Source of the DNA: an uncultured candidate division Zixibacteria bacterium
GTDB lineage: Bacteria > Zixibacteria > MSB-5A5 > GN15 > FEB-12
Length of the DNA: 64,000 nt
Assembly (NCBI GenBank): GCA_963806185.1
Contig: CAWDXE010000001.1
Location: forward strand, 896,001 to 960,000
Direction of reading: 5' to 3'
The notes beneath the pieces were generated by a model. That model saw nothing but the letters and a program-made list of their open reading frames with translations. It did not search any database and was not told the DNA's origin. This document shows positions 1-10,222 of this stretch, in pieces. Within the stretch, counting starts at the first letter, position 1. Each line of letters opens with the position of its first letter. A program made the translations under genes and the position numbers.

Positions 1-359
1 CGTGGGAAGCATCGATGAGGCCGGAGCGAAGCTGTTCGTGGCCAAGAAATAGATTGGCGTGCACCGGAAGTTGCGGGACGAGGGTGAATTCCTGGTAGAT
101 CGTGGCGATGCCGGCATGTTGGGCCTGAAGCGGTGTGTCGAAACTGACTGGAGAATCACCCAGAGCAATGTCACCGGCGTCGCGCTGATGGACGCCGGTA
201 AGAATCTTGATGAGGGTGCTCTTCCCCGCGCCGTTTTCGCCGACGAGGGCATGGATCTCCCCCTCGCGCAGGTCGAACGAGGCCTGATCGAGCGCAAGAA
301 CGCCGGGAAAGGCCTTGCGGACATTCGACAGATTCAGACAGCAACGGCGGCATCGTCAT
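1..359 (-). CDS. Sugar ABC transporter ATP-binding protein (RbsA/MglA-like); 5' part only, apparent frameshift near 337
   Basis: Minus strand reads MTMPPLL, then after a shift LNLSNVRKAFPGVLALD...HALVGENGAGKSTLIKIL (Walker A). The + strand ORF 59..415 is its antisense shadow. Runs off the window edge. Confidence 0.88.
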
Positions 360-384
360 ATTTCCAGTTCACGCCCAGAGAGGA

Positions 385-1352
385 CTATTTCGCCGTAGCT
401 GTTGCATCCTGCTGAGTGAATAGCGCACAGTCAATCAGCGTCGTCGGCGAGACGGGCTGGCCGGAGACATAGGTCTTGATCGCTTCGATTGTCTTCTGGC
501 CGATATCGTGCGGCTTCTGGACAACGTCGGCGTAAATCTTTCCGGCTTTGATAGCCTCGCGAGCCTCGGGGACAGCATCAAAGCCGATAATCTGAATCTT
601 ACCCAGCTTGCCGGCCTTTTCAATCGCGGCCAGGGCGCCGAGAGCGGAATCATCGTTGATGCCGAAGACGGCGGTCAGGTCCGGATGGGCCTGTAGGATG
701 TCTTCGGTGGTGCGAAAGGCCTGGTCCTTGACACCGTGACCGGAGAGTTTGGCGACAATCTGGATATTGGGGTACTTGGCGATTTCTTCTTCGAATCCTT
801 TGACGCGTTGGATGACTGACTCAACCTCGGGGTGATCGATGATCGCCACCTTGCCGGAGCTATTGATGGCGGCGGCAACGGCCTGAGCGGCCAGACGACC
901 ACCGGCGACATTGTCGGAGGCGACGTGCGTGACGATCTTGACGCTGTCGGCGAGACAGGCGATATCGGCGGTGAAGACCGGGATGCCGGCATCGTTGGCC
1001 GCCTTGATGGCGGTGCCGATGGAGCGGGAGTCACACGGTGAGACGACAATGGCGTTGACGCGGCGGACGATGAAGTCCTGAATCTGATCTTTCTGTTTGG
1101 CAACGTCGAATTCACCGGCGGTGACCAGCAGTTTATAGCCGGCGGCGTTGGCGGCCTCCTGCAGGCCGGCCTCGAGATCCTGATAGAACGGATGGGTGCG
1201 GGTCAAGAGTGAGACGCCGACAGTGAACTCGGTGGTTTGAGGAACGGTGTCTTGCTTGGCCTGATTTTTGGAGTCGCCGCCGCAACCGACGGTCATGGCA
1301 ACACAGCGCAATACTGGAAATGATAGATCTTGAAATGCGGGGAGAATTTCAT
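385..1352 (-). CDS. Sugar ABC substrate-binding lipoprotein (RbsB-like)
   Basis: Periplasmic-binding-protein motifs HPFY, VASDNVAGG, INDDSALGA, IIGFD; lipobox TVG-C. Probable true ATG at 1352 behind GAGG, with the signal peptide apparently broken by indels at ~1300-1335. Confidence 0.9.
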
Positions 1353-1585
1353 ACCTGCCTCACAGCAACCCTGGTGTGAATGTCCTGAGGCGATGCCCAA
1401 AATCGCCTTGCCTATCGAAGATAGAATACTATACCTGCAATGCCGAGGCAACGGAATTGCGTGGACAGAGAGCGACGAGGAAAGGATTGCCGAATCAAAA
1501 TGGATGCTGTTTCGTAGTAGGGAGGAAAGTGAATCCTGTCTACGCCACCCCGGACCGGGGCATTTATTGACTGGAGGCAAAACTG

Positions 1586-2644
1586 ATGGCATTTCGAGAT
1601 CAAGTGATAGAGGCCAGCTGGACTTCGCGAGCCGAGCGATATCGCCGGCCCGGGGTGTTGGCACTCATTCTGGCGGTGGGGTTATGCCGAATGGCTGTCG
1701 CCGACACAACGGCGGTCGAAATCCTGCGACAAGAGGCGGTCAGGCTCAAACCACTGGTTTTCACCGAACCGGCAATGCAGTTTCTGGACGCGGTGGCGGA
1801 CTTGCCGGAGGTGTCGGTGCGAACGGCCTACGTCAATGCTGAGACCAGAAAAGCTATTTCGCCGGCGGAATACGAGGCGCTGACCGATTCGACGAAGAGG
1901 GCGTACAAGATCCGGGAGTTGGATGGGCACTTCTACTACAACACTCGGTATGGCACACCGTTGGCTTTCGTGCGGGCGTTGGACCTGTCGGTGAAAGCCG
2001 GGTTGGCAGAATTGGACGGCGCCAGGATTGCTGATTTCGGGTTTGGCTCTATCGGGCAGTTGCGATTGATGGCCAGCCTTGGGGCAGAGGCGCACGGAAT
2101 CGAGGTTGACCCGCTCCTTCCACTCCTGTACAGCCAGGTCGGCGACACGGGCGCGATCGCACCGTCAGACGCGGCCAAGGCGACTCATGGCGGAAGGGTG
2201 GTGCTGAATTTTGGGCAGTATCCCGCAGATTCAGCGGTAAGAGCTAAAGTTGGCGACGGGTATGATCTGTTTATCTCCAAGAATACGTTGAAGCGAGGGT
2301 ACATTCATCCGTCGCGCGAGGCGGATCCCCGGATGCTGGTGCATCTGGGTGTAGACGATTCGACGTTTGTGTCGACTGTCTACCGGATGCTGAAGACGGG
2401 CGGAGTGTTCATGATCTACAATCTGCACCCGGCGGAGGCCAAACCGGATGAGAAGTATGTTCCGTGGGCGGACGGCCGGTGTCCGTTCGAGCGGGCGCTG
2501 TTGGAAAAGATCGGCTTTACGGTGATCGCCTACGACAAGGATGACACGGAGTTTGCCCACACGATGGCTAAGGCGCTGGGGTGGGATGCGGAGATGGATC
2601 TGGCGAAGGACCTGTTCGGGCACTATACGGTGGTGCGGAAGTAG
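1586..2644 (+). CDS. Exported hypothetical protein with class I SAM-methyltransferase-like fold
   Basis: Signal-like VLALILAVGLCRMAVA; motif-I-like RIADFGFGSIG, GIEVD, YDLFIS, LKTGGVF. GGAGG upstream of the start. Confidence 0.7.
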   Translation: MAFRDQVIEASWTSRAERYRRPGVLALILAVGLCRMAVADTTAVEILRQEAVRLKPLVFTEPAMQFLDAVADLPEVSVRTAYVNAETRKAISPAEYEALTDSTKRAYKIRELDGHFYYNTRYGTPLAFVRALDLSVKAGLAELDGARIADFGFGSIGQLRLMASLGAEAHGIEVDPLLPLLYSQVGDTGAIAPSDAAKATHGGRVVLNFGQYPADSAVRAKVGDGYDLFISKNTLKRGYIHPSREADPRMLVHLGVDDSTFVSTVYRMLKTGGVFMIYNLHPAEAKPDEKYVPWADGRCPFERALLEKIGFTVIAYDKDDTEFAHTMAKALGWDAEMDLAKDLFGHYTVVRK

Positions 2645-2661
2645 GGTCTTCTGCAAACTGA

Positions 2662-2690
2662 CGAGCCGCCGACAGGATGTCGGCGGCTCG
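2662..2690. terminator. Perfect 13-bp hairpin between convergent genes
   Basis: cgagccgccgaca-gga-tgtcggcggctcg; no clear U-tract on either side. Confidence 0.5.
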
Positions 2691-2728
2691 ACATCGGGTC
2701 GAGAAGGGCCGCCCCGTTTTCCCTGGAC

Positions 2729-4708
2729 TTACTGAGTGACTCTCGTCAGCACCAGGGTCGGGATAGCAATTGGACTGTCTTTGCCCACCAGAGCGAGAAG
2801 ATCGGCGTATTTTTCCTTTCCGAGTTGGATACGGTATAAGTCAACGACCTGGTGAAAAGTTACTTTGCCGGGTTCAACTTGACACGTACTGACGCCGGAA
2901 CCGAATTCGTTCTCGATGTGGACGGAATCGGGTATTGACGAGAGCAGCCAGCCCTCGGGAAGTTCAAATGTCACGTTTCGTTCCAGGCGTGCCGTACGCG
3001 GGATATACACGTCGTTGGTACGTCCAGCGACGTCGTCGGAAAGCGCTCTGCTTCCCATAAAACCAAAGAGACCCGCCGACTGGATAAGCATCTCCGACGG
3101 GGTAATGGTCACGAGGTTGTTCAACGTATATTGGTAGTCAATAACCAGTGGTTCGTTGGCGGCGGAATCATTGAGAATGCTGACGGAATCGATGGACACG
3201 TCGAGACCGGGAATCTCGATCCACCGTCGGATGAACTTGTCACGAGTGTCGGCATGCTGTTCCGCCAGATTGCGTCGTTCGTCGTATCCGGCGATGCCGT
3301 CCAGAGTACGGCGGTCATCGACTTTGAGCGTGCCTGAGGAGTCGACCGCAATAATGATTTCGGCGATTTGGGTTCCGCTTTTTTCCGGTTGAACGGGAAC
3401 TGTCCAGGTTTTTCCGGCGGTGGGGCCGCCGACCGTTAGCGTCGGTTGACCCTGAAAGTCCTCCGGAATCATGCCAAACGGAAGGTATTTGAAGGTGGGA
3501 AACAGGACGACGGCGGCGCTGTCGAGCTGCACACGAAGGGCGGGCATGCCGAACTGACTTCCCGTGATATAATCGCCATCGAAATACCCATCGCGAGAAT
3601 CGTGAACGATCAAGTACTCGCTTTCCATGCCGGCGCGCTCGAGCATGGCTCTTGTCAGACTGGCGATGTCGTAGGGGCTGCCCACTTTGGAATCAAGCGT
3701 CTTACCGGGGTTGCCATCGTTGTCACGCCACGAAGGGGTGATCCTGTCGGCCACAAACTTCAGGATAGCTTCCGCCTTTCCGCGCGGCGTGGTGAAGGGC
3801 CGGACGAGCGAGTCGGTCACCCGCTCCACACTGGAAGAAGTACGCTCGGCTTTCTTAATGACATACTTGTGAAAAGTTTCGGCGACCTCAGCCCAGGTCT
3901 TCTCATTATCCCAACTTCGGTCGATCATTTTGAGATGGGTGACCTGAAATTCAAGGTAGTTGGCGAACAGCTTGAACGGAGGAGAGAACGGCTCCATGCG
4001 CAACGCGGGCACATCGGTGGCCTCGTATGTCAGGTACGTCTTCTTGGCCTCAGGTTTTTGTGAGACAGCGACCGGCGTAAAGCGAAGAGTACTCAACCGC
4101 TTCTGCTGAATGGTCCACCAATCGGGATAGGCGAAAGTGAATTTCAGCTTCTCACATGGGATGGAGTACTGCAGGTCAATGTCGTATTCCAGTGGCGGCA
4201 TAAACAGGCCAGCTACGTATTCCGATTCGTAACCGATCTTCACGATAGTCCCGACCGTGATATTAGGGAACGCGATGGCATAGCTCTTCCAACCTTCGGG
4301 ATTTTTGATCTCTTTGCAGTCGGTGATCGCGAAGTCGCGGATCGTGCCGGCAGGATATACGACCCGGGCATAGAATTTGTCGGGCTTAAAATCGAATTTG
4401 TAGGTGGTGAGATAGTCGGCTTCCGGATTCAGGACCACGTATTCCTCCTGGAAGACGTCGGCATAATCCCAGGTCAGAAGGTTGCTTAACAGCCCGCTCT
4501 TGTCCATTGCGCCTGAGTGCTCAATAGTGTGGTCCGCCGACAGAATCACGCCGTCGTACCCCCTATATTTCTCGACGTAGGCAGTCACGTCCACTGGGGT
4601 GGTTCTCACCTCGGCCACCGGCATGACCAGTCTGGTCGTGCGAACCGACTGCGTGCAACCGCTAAAGCCGACCAGCGCGAGCGTCAGGAAGATGAACGGG
4701 CGTATCAT
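2729..4708 (-). CDS. DUF3857/transglutaminase-like lipoprotein, catalytically degenerate
   Basis: Start MIRPFIFLTLALVGFSG-C (lipobox), ATGA-coupled to the upstream gene. DUF3857-like FPNITVGTIV. The catalytic Cys position reads GSPYD. DUF3858-like C-terminus LPEGW...IENEFG. Confidence 0.78.
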   Translation of the reverse strand: MIRPFIFLTLALVGFSGCTQSVRTTRLVMPVAEVRTTPVDVTAYVEKYRGYDGVILSADHTIEHSGAMDKSGLLSNLLTWDYADVFQEEYVVLNPEADYLTTYKFDFKPDKFYARVVYPAGTIRDFAITDCKEIKNPEGWKSYAIAFPNITVGTIVKIGYESEYVAGLFMPPLEYDIDLQYSIPCEKLKFTFAYPDWWTIQQKRLSTLRFTPVAVSQKPEAKKTYLTYEATDVPALRMEPFSPPFKLFANYLEFQVTHLKMIDRSWDNEKTWAEVAETFHKYVIKKAERTSSSVERVTDSLVRPFTTPRGKAEAILKFVADRITPSWRDNDGNPGKTLDSKVGSPYDIASLTRAMLERAGMESEYLIVHDSRDGYFDGDYITGSQFGMPALRVQLDSAAVVLFPTFKYLPFGMIPEDFQGQPTLTVGGPTAGKTWTVPVQPEKSGTQIAEIIIAVDSSGTLKVDDRRTLDGIAGYDERRNLAEQHADTRDKFIRRWIEIPGLDVSIDSVSILNDSAANEPLVIDYQYTLNNLVTITPSEMLIQSAGLFGFMGSRALSDDVAGRTNDVYIPRTARLERNVTFELPEGWLLSSIPDSVHIENEFGSGVSTCQVEPGKVTFHQVVDLYRIQLGKEKYADLLALVGKDSPIAIPTLVLTRVTQ

Positions 4709-6543
4709 TTGGTCCCTTTCTGAAGTATGAACATGGCCTTCTTCGCAGCCAAGTATTGACGGCAGAAGCTCAAGGCGGCGGCTTTGGCCGGGCCGCTGAA
4801 CACCTTGCCGACCCGATCGACGGTATAGGTAAAATTGCAGGCTGAACTGTCGGATCGACAGCAACTCGAGAAGAAGCCGCTGAGCGAATCTCCCGCAGCC
4901 GATGAGTCGGCCAAAGCAACACCGGTACCGCGAAGGCGAATGGCTGCACGAGCATGCTGGGAATGGTCAAAATAAACCGGCAGGGAGTCCGACTCCCGCG
5001 TAAAGATGCCGGCGTCGGCGACCCGGAAAAGGGTGTGCGGAACGTAGAAGGCGGTCGGAGAAACGACTACAGCGCGGGACAAATCGGCAACGGCACTGAT
5101 GACCATTTGACGGGGTTGGACATCAATGATACGATAGTCGCGGAGCGTGACGGCGGTCAGTTCCCGTCCAATGATCCGGTCGAACACGTCCTCGGCGGAG
5201 AGATCCGTCTGCTCGGCATCGGTATAGCGATAGGATGCAAGGAGATCGCCTCGAAGCGTTATGTCGGCCTCACTTGTTTTCAGCGAGTCACAATGTGCAG
5301 AGATTTGTAAATCGAGTGACGGAAGCTTGGCCGTTGCCGTGATGATGGTCTCGCGCGGATGCTCCGGATCGAGAATGAGCGCCTGATGCCCTATGATGTC
5401 GTCCGGCGGATCATCAAACGGATTATACCGCGCCGTGGGATCAAAGAAGACTGATTCTCCGTCATTATCATAGTAACAGATGACATGGTCGAAGAAATAC
5501 CGATCGATCACCGCCAGAGCGGGATACATATCCGAAGAGACCAGTCCCATGTACACGGTGAGGCCGAGGCGACGAGCCAGGGCGCAAATCAGATAGGCAC
5601 GGTCCTTGCAGTCGCCGTAGCCAAGAGCGAGTACTTCTCCTGGCGGATGCGGGTAGATGCCGTGAGTGTTCCGGTCGTCGATCAGATACCGAATGTTGGT
5701 GCGCACCCAATCGTGCAGAGCGCGAAGCTTATCAACGGGCGTAGGCAGGACTCCGATCGCGCTGACGAGGGAGTCGGCTTGAGGTGACGGCAGGTTTGGC
5801 TGCAACGACAGTGTCTTGCCGTACCAGCCAACAAATGTTTCGGGCGAGTTTGGAGTGACGAGCTTTCCTTGCCAGGTAACGACCGGAAGCAGCATCGCCA
5901 GCTGGTCGTTGTACGGATAATACTGGAGCGGCATCGCTCTGCCCCGAGGAGCGAAGGAGAACACCGTAGCGGTACTTGACGGCCGCGATATCGTATAGTT
6001 TACACCCTCGCGCGAATAGAGATAGCGCAATGCGATATCAGTGTTTTCGGGGTGGTGGAAGGTGAGGCGGCACGAAATCAGCGAGTCACAGTTGGGAATG
6101 ATCATACGGGGCATGCATTCCACTTCCGGAATGGTGGAGGTATAGGTATAGCCGATCAGGTCGCCCTGCCTAAAGGGACCAGCGAAGTGGAGCAAGTGCA
6201 CTTTGGTGTCGGAAAGAAATACATCGTCGCCGTCGTTGAGCATCGACGATTCAAAGTCGTTGCGTTGCTTCTTGCCGTTGTGGAGAAACTTAAGCGTTTT
6301 GATCGGACGATCGACGGGTTCGTAAACAATGTCTCGCTCCGCATCGCTATTACCGGGAAACAGGCATCTCCGGGAGACGGAGTCACAGGTCTGCAATTGC
6401 GTGAGTTGGTCGCGCTTGGCGCGGAGCGTCACATGCGCTGAGTAGTTCATGCCCCAGCGCGCCGGGCTGTCCTGCGAGTAGACAGCGGCACCGAGCAGAC
6501 AAAGGCAAACCAGACGCAGTAGATGCATAGGCAGTATCGACAT
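4705..6543 (-). CDS. DUF3857/transglutaminase-like cysteine enzyme, secreted
   Basis: Signal peptide; WVRTNIRY, GDCKD, FDHVI, FFDPT give an intact Cys-His-Asp triad. Confidence 0.85.
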   Translation of the reverse strand: MSILPMHLLRLVCLCLLGAAVYSQDSPARWGMNYSAHVTLRAKRDQLTQLQTCDSVSRRCLFPGNSDAERDIVYEPVDRPIKTLKFLHNGKKQRNDFESSMLNDGDDVFLSDTKVHLLHFAGPFRQGDLIGYTYTSTIPEVECMPRMIIPNCDSLISCRLTFHHPENTDIALRYLYSREGVNYTISRPSSTATVFSFAPRGRAMPLQYYPYNDQLAMLLPVVTWQGKLVTPNSPETFVGWYGKTLSLQPNLPSPQADSLVSAIGVLPTPVDKLRALHDWVRTNIRYLIDDRNTHGIYPHPPGEVLALGYGDCKDRAYLICALARRLGLTVYMGLVSSDMYPALAVIDRYFFDHVICYYDNDGESVFFDPTARYNPFDDPPDDIIGHQALILDPEHPRETIITATAKLPSLDLQISAHCDSLKTSEADITLRGDLLASYRYTDAEQTDLSAEDVFDRIIGRELTAVTLRDYRIIDVQPRQMVISAVADLSRAVVVSPTAFYVPHTLFRVADAGIFTRESDSLPVYFDHSQHARAAIRLRGTGVALADSSAAGDSLSGFFSSCCRSDSSACNFTYTVDRVGKVFSGPAKAAALSFCRQYLAAKKAMFILQKGTK

Positions 6544-6636
6544 TGCCGTTTGATGTCAATATGCCTGCTTAACGTGGCTGAGTCAAGCGACGTTATCGGA
6601 CAGTTGTGCGACCCGTTAGCGTGTGTCGAAGAACTG

Positions 6637-7356
6637 TCAATAGAATCCGCCGCCGGGCTGCCCACCCGGCTCGCCGCCTCCGCCCGGTCCTCCGGGTCCG
6701 CGACTGGGCATGAAGTCCTCGCGCTCTTTCTTGATCTTCTGATACACGCGTTTCTGGTCAGCGGTAAGAACCTGCTCGATCGCCGCATCGGCGGCTTTCT
6801 GCTGCTCGCGCATCTTGCCCATCTGGCCGCGCATCCTTTCCATCTCCTCGCGGCGATCAGCGCCGCCCGGTTGTTCACCGGGACGCATAGCAGGAAGTTC
6901 GGGCGCCTGCATCTCCGGGCCGGACTCCTTGAGAATCACCTCGATCTTCCCCACCTGATCGGCGGAGAGGTCAAGCTGTTCGTTGAGTTCCAGCAGGCGC
7001 GGCGTCGGGAGCAGTGGTGCGGGAGAGCTTGTGATTCGGCTCCGGCTGGCGCTGTCAACCAAAGCGACAAGCACGGTTTGAGTTTCGGCAGTGATCGAGC
7101 GAATTTCCGCTGGCCGCTTTTTGCGATCCGAACCTTTCAGTTGATTAACGGCAGCCATCTTTCCGATCTGGCGATCAAAGATTTTGACGACCGAGTCGTG
7201 CCATTGCTTTTGGATACCGGCGTTGACCGCACATCGCGTGGCGTATAGATTGGCCAGACCATTACGGCTGATGGCCAGGGCCGGCGATAGACTACTTAGG
7301 CAAATAAAAGATGCCAGAAGCAGTGTCGACCGCCAGCGTGAAATAAGCAGAGTCAT
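6637..7356 (-). CDS. Secreted helical protein with Spy/CpxP-like (LTXXQ) region and Gly/Pro tail
   Basis: Signal peptide ending ALA; LDLSADQ and VLTADQ motifs; Met/Arg/Gly-rich segment. Confidence 0.6.
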   Translation of the reverse strand: MTLLISRWRSTLLLASFICLSSLSPALAISRNGLANLYATRCAVNAGIQKQWHDSVVKIFDRQIGKMAAVNQLKGSDRKKRPAEIRSITAETQTVLVALVDSASRSRITSSPAPLLPTPRLLELNEQLDLSADQVGKIEVILKESGPEMQAPELPAMRPGEQPGGADRREEMERMRGQMGKMREQQKAADAAIEQVLTADQKRVYQKIKKEREDFMPSRGPGGPGGGGEPGGQPGGGFY

Positions 7357-7443
7357 GGACGAAATCTCCTCAAGTAGATTTCCAGATTCTCCTAGTTGGA
7401 CAATGATACGCGTAGGGGAGATTAATGCAAATCGTCAACTATT

Positions 7444-7467
7444 GAAAAACCCGCCCCAGGGGCGGGT
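7444..7467 (-). terminator. Intrinsic terminator after msrAB
   Basis: Minus strand acccgccc-ctg-gggcgggt followed by a T run. Confidence 0.7.
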
Positions 7468-7492
7468 GTGACTTCGCACGTATCGGATTGTA

Positions 7493-8549
7493 TCAGAATC
7501 GCTTGGTGTAAACGTGGCAGTACGGCTGCTTGCCGGTCTTGTCGTAATAGTCCTGATGGTACAACTCGGCTTCCCAGAAGGTGTCGGCCTGGGCGACCTG
7601 GGTGACGACCTTGAATCCCTTGCCTTTGAGGACAGCAATCAGAGCTGTCGGTGACATGCTTCTGGTTGTCGTCGGTGTAGAACACTGCCGAGCGGTACTG
7701 GTCACCGTAGTCGGGCCCCTGACGATTGTACTGAGTCGGGTCGTGAATTTCAAAAAACAGTTTGGCGAGCGTTTCATACGTCGTTTTGCTCGGATCGAAC
7801 TCGACCTCGACGGTTTCGGCGTGCCCGGTATTGTCGTAGCAGACATCTTTGTAAGTCGGATTCTTGGTGTGGCCACCCATATAGCCGACTCGGGTATTGA
7901 TCACCCCGGAAGCCTGTTTGAGCAGGTGTTCGGTGCCCCAGAAGCAGCCGCCGGCAAAGTAGGCCTTCTGCGTGGCGACCAGCTTGCTCATCGAAGTCTC
8001 GTCGGACGTTCCGGTGGCTCTGGCCAAGCTCGCAGTGACCTCGTCGGGCGGAGCCGCGATGAACTTGAGCGAGATCGAATTGACGCAATGGCGAACATTC
8101 TTCGGCGTAAATCCCTCGCCTTCAAAGACGTGACCGAGATGGGCACCGCACTTGGCGCAGGTGATCTCGGTGCGCCGGCCATCGGCATCGAGAGTCCGTT
8201 TTACCGTGCCGGCGATTTCATCATCGAAGCTCGGCCAGCCGCAGAAGGAATCAAACTTGTCGGCCGATCGATAAAGCGGTGTGCCGCACTGCTTGCAGAC
8301 ATAGGTGCCCTGGGCCTTATTGTTGACGTACTCGCCGGTGAACGGCATTTCGGTCCCCTTGTGAATGATGACTCGTTCTTCTTCGGGGGTCAACTTGTTG
8401 AGCGTCATATTCGTCTCCGTCGAATTGGTGGCACTGGTCATGGTCTTCTCCTGGGATTTCAAGGTCAGGGAAATAAGGCCGACCGCGACAAGGGCCAGCA
8501 GACTTACCCAGACTATTCCGTTCACCCTGAATGATTTCTTGTTGGTCAT
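7493..8549 (-). CDS. msrAB: Bifunctional methionine sulfoxide reductase MsrB-MsrA with N-terminal signal/anchor; 1-nt insertion near 7643
   Basis: MsrB: two CxxC, CGWPSF, HLGHVF, RHCVN. MsrA: GGCFWG, GHAE, HDPT, QYRS; C-terminus AELYHQDYY...PYCH lies in the second frame. Confidence 0.93.
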
Positions 8550-8610
8550 GGACTTTCCTCCGGTGGTCCTTTGCGCGGACCGTTATGGTTCATGTCCCGG
8601 ATCGTAGTAC

Positions 8611-8639
8611 TAAGACAACGGGGCGGCGGCGAGAGTTCC
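8611..8639 (-). promoter_or_regulatory. ECF (sigmaE-like) promoter candidate for msrAB
   Basis: GGAACTC-N16-GTCTTA. Confidence 0.55.
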
Positions 8640-8746
8640 GGCTGGGTTGTTAAGGAAAGTTAATAACCGGGCCGGGCGGCGAGGTTAGGGGCGCATGACA
8701 ATGGGCTGACAGAAAAACCGGCACGAATGCGGGCCGGAATCGATAT

Positions 8747-8775
8747 TTGACTTCGGCGACCGACAATCATATGTT
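8747..8775 (+). promoter_or_regulatory. sigma70-type promoter candidate
   Basis: TTGACT-N17-TATGTT. Confidence 0.55.
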
Positions 8776-8823
8776 TCGGAATTGTCACGCCGGCATACGG
8801 CGTCAAACAGTAAGGAAATCGTC

Positions 8824-10212
8824 ATGGCCAACAATACGAATACACACGAATTGTTGCAGCTCGCCTTTGAACGGGCGACCGAATATATCGAAAGTCTCGA
8901 GACGCGACCCGTAGCGCCCGATCCGGAAGGCGTCGAGCGATTGAGCGAACTCGACGTCCCGTTGCCGGAGGGAACGCAGGATCCCAAGGCTGTGCTTGAG
9001 AAGCTGTATCGAACCGTTACTCCGGCAACGATGGCTATGGCGGGGCCGCGCTTTTTCGGATTCGTGATCGGCGGCGCGTTGCCGGTGACGGTAGCGTCGA
9101 GCTGGCTGACGACCGCGTGGGAGCAGAATACTGGCATGTATCACGGCACGCCGGCCACCGCGAGGTTGGAGCAGGTGGCGTTGCGCTGGCTGCTTGAACT
9201 GTTTGGATTGCCGGCGGAGAGCGACGGGGCGTTTGTCACGGGAGCGTCGGTTGCGAATTTCACGTCGTTGGTGGCCGCTCGCAATGTCGTGATGGCACGT
9301 GAAGGGTGGAATGTCCGCAAGCAGGGGTTGCGGGGGGCGCCGCCGTTGACAGTGGTGATCGGCAAAGAGGCGCATCCGGTGGTGTTCAAGGCGCTGGCAT
9401 TACTGGGAATAGGCACCGATCAGTTGATTGAAGTTGAAGTCGACCGGCAGGGGAGGATGAGGCCTGACAGATTGCCCAGGATCGATGGACCGACGATTGT
9501 TATCGCGCAGGTAGGGAACGTGAATACCGGCGCGTGTGACGCGATCGGCGAAATCTGCACGCGGGTCAAAGGAACCAACACGTGGGTACATGTCGACGGG
9601 GCGTTTGGCCTGTGGGCGAGGGTGGCGCCGAAACGCCGGTATCTCGTTGAAGGCGTTGAGTTGGCTGATTCGTGGGCGACCGACGCCCACAAGTGGCTGA
9701 ATGTACCGTATGATTGCGGACTGGCGTTTGTCCGTCACAAAGATGCGCTGCGACAGGCAATGGCCGTGACCGCGGCCTATCTGCCGAGCGAAGCCGAGTT
9801 TCGGAATCCGAGCGATTATACGCCGGAGCTTTCGCGGCGGGCGCGGGGTGTCGACGTGTGGACGGCGCTGTATCATCTCGGACGGTCGGGCGTGGAAGAC
9901 ATGATCGAGCGGATGTGCCAGTATGCCGAGTTGTTCGCGGAGGCTCTGAGCAAGGATGGGTATGAGATCCTCAATGACGTGGTGCTCAATCAAGTGCTGG
10001 TGTCGTTTGGAAGTGAAGAGCTGAACGAGGCGATTGCGAAGGGGATCCGCGAGGATGGCACCTGCTGGGCGGCCACTACCAAGTGGCAGGGGCAAAGCGC
10101 GATGCGGATCAGTATCTCGTGTTGGGCGACGACGGAGAAGGACGTGGAGATGAGCGTGGAGGCAATGAAGCGGGTGGCGAAGCGGGTGCGGGTGGAGGCA
10201 GGGGTGCGGTGA
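8824..10212 (+). CDS. Group II PLP-dependent decarboxylase
   Basis: PRFFGFV, WVHVDGAFG, DAHKWL (PLP Lys), PELSRRAR. Confidence 0.9.
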   Translation: MANNTNTHELLQLAFERATEYIESLETRPVAPDPEGVERLSELDVPLPEGTQDPKAVLEKLYRTVTPATMAMAGPRFFGFVIGGALPVTVASSWLTTAWEQNTGMYHGTPATARLEQVALRWLLELFGLPAESDGAFVTGASVANFTSLVAARNVVMAREGWNVRKQGLRGAPPLTVVIGKEAHPVVFKALALLGIGTDQLIEVEVDRQGRMRPDRLPRIDGPTIVIAQVGNVNTGACDAIGEICTRVKGTNTWVHVDGAFGLWARVAPKRRYLVEGVELADSWATDAHKWLNVPYDCGLAFVRHKDALRQAMAVTAAYLPSEAEFRNPSDYTPELSRRARGVDVWTALYHLGRSGVEDMIERMCQYAELFAEALSKDGYEILNDVVLNQVLVSFGSEELNEAIAKGIREDGTCWAATTKWQGQSAMRISISCWATTEKDVEMSVEAMKRVAKRVRVEAGVR

Positions 10213-10222
10213 GGGTCGGCAG

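Noticed and set aside
7493..8549. Selenocysteine recoding in Msr
   Set aside because: The catalytic residues are Cys codons, and the break is an indel rather than an in-frame TGA.
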